DNA of 64,000 nucleotides from Mobula birostris (taxonomy: Eukaryota), in assembly GCF_030028105.1 (NCBI RefSeq), contig NC_092382.1, forward strand, positions 34,752,246 to 34,816,245. Direction: 5' to 3'. The notes under the pieces were generated by a model, which had not been told where the DNA came from, searched no databases, and was given only the letters and a program-made list of their open reading frames with translations. Positions 62,930-64,000 of the stretch are shown here, one piece after another. A program made the translations under genes and the position numbers. Numbering within the stretch: the stretch's first letter is position 1; every line of letters begins with the position of its first letter.

Positions 62930-63862
62930 CTGACCAGCCTATTGGCTCAGGGTGTCTGACCCTCCAAGGGAGGAGTTGTAAAGTTTGATGGCCACAGGCA
63001 GGAATGACTTCCTATGATGTTCTGTGCTGCATCTCGGTGGAATGAGTCTCTGGCTGAATGTACTCCTGTGCCCACCCAGTACATTATGTAGAGGATGGGA
63101 AACATTGACTAAGATGGCATGCAACTTGGACAGCATCCTCTTTTCAGACACCACCGTCAGAGAGTCCAGTTCCATCCCCACAACATCACTGGCATTATGA
63201 ATGAGTTTGTTGATTCTGTTGCTGTCTGCTACCCTCAGCCTGCTGCCCCAGCACACAACAGCAAATAGTCTCCTCAGGAAATAGAGTACCTTAGCTCTCG
63301 TCAGGTCTACCACCAGCTCCTTAGTCTTTTTCACATTAAGCTGCAGATAATTCTGCTCACACCATGTGACAAAGTTTCCTACCGTAGCCCTGTACTCAGC
63401 CTCATCTCCCCGCTGATGCATCCAACTATGGCAGAGTCATCAGAAAACTTCTGAAGATGACAAGACTCTGTGCAGTAGTTGAAGTCCGAGGTGTAAATGG
63501 TGAAGAGAAAGGGAGACAAGACAGTCCTCTGTGGAGCCCCAGTGCTGCTGATCACTCTGTTGGACACACAGTGTTGCAAGCACATGTGCTGTGGTCTGCC
63601 AGTCAGGTAATCAAGAGTCCATGATACCAGGGAAGCATCCACCTGCATCACTGTCAGCTTCTCCCCCAGCAGAGCAGTGCGGATGGTGTTGAGCACACTG
63701 GAGAAGTCAAAAAACATGACCCTCACAGGGCTCGCAGGCCTGTCCAGGTGGGCATAGACACGGTTCAGCAGGTAGATGGTGGCATCCTCAACTCCTAGTC
63801 GGGGCTGGTAGGCGAACTGGAGGGGATCTAAGTGGCCTAACCATAGGCCGGAGCAGCTCCAG
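62930..63862 (-). mobile_element. Rex1/Babar LINE fragment with internal deletions
   Basis: LDPLQFAYQP...FFDFSSVLNTI...GAPQRTVLSP...KFSDD; near-identical to 58504-59500. Confidence 0.92.
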
Positions 63863-64000
63863 AACAAGTCTCTCCAGTAAGGTGAGTCAGGTGTTTGAGT
63901 AAACTCCCACATGGGAGGTTGATCCAGAGTGTTAAGTTGCATGGGATCCATAGGGAACTGTGTTCAGAACTAGTTTGTCCATAGGAGACACTGGGAAGTG

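Noticed and set aside
1-64000. tRNA, rRNA or snRNA genes
   Set aside because: None recognised by eye; tRNAscan-SE/Infernal would be needed to exclude them.

Overview
Vertebrate genomic DNA, most likely from a cartilaginous fish (ray/skate). This is inferred from the repeat families and the style of the NLR, ZNF and GPR139-like genes, not proven. The window is a repeat-rich gene-family turnover region. It contains (i) an apparently intact 12-coding-exon NLR gene on the minus strand (CARD-like N-terminus, NACHT, ribonuclease-inhibitor-type LRRs; CDS 28749->12400, 3297 nt, 1098 aa, all splice phases consistent). (ii) Two paralogous ~6 kb cassettes each carry a KRAB-less tandem C2H2 zinc-finger gene (6261-7283 and 50690-51643), and there is a third, decayed ZNF. 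(iii) A frameshifted GPR139-like GPCR main exon lies on the minus strand, with an orphan GPR139-like first exon on the opposite strand. (iv) Decayed coding remnants missed by the ORF track: an R-S-E-type ADP-ribosyltransferase (~56.4-57.0 kb), an AID/APOBEC-like deaminase split by a CR1 insertion (~54.2-54.9 kb) and extra CARD-type exons upstream of the NLR. (v) Many mobile elements: CR1, Rex1/Babar, L1-like and R4/Dong-like LINE fragments, Penelope-like elements with hammerhead-ribozyme-type termini, solo LTRs with 4-bp TSDs and hAT fragments. Family assignments come from motif recognition by eye; no searches were run, and repeat boundaries are approximate.
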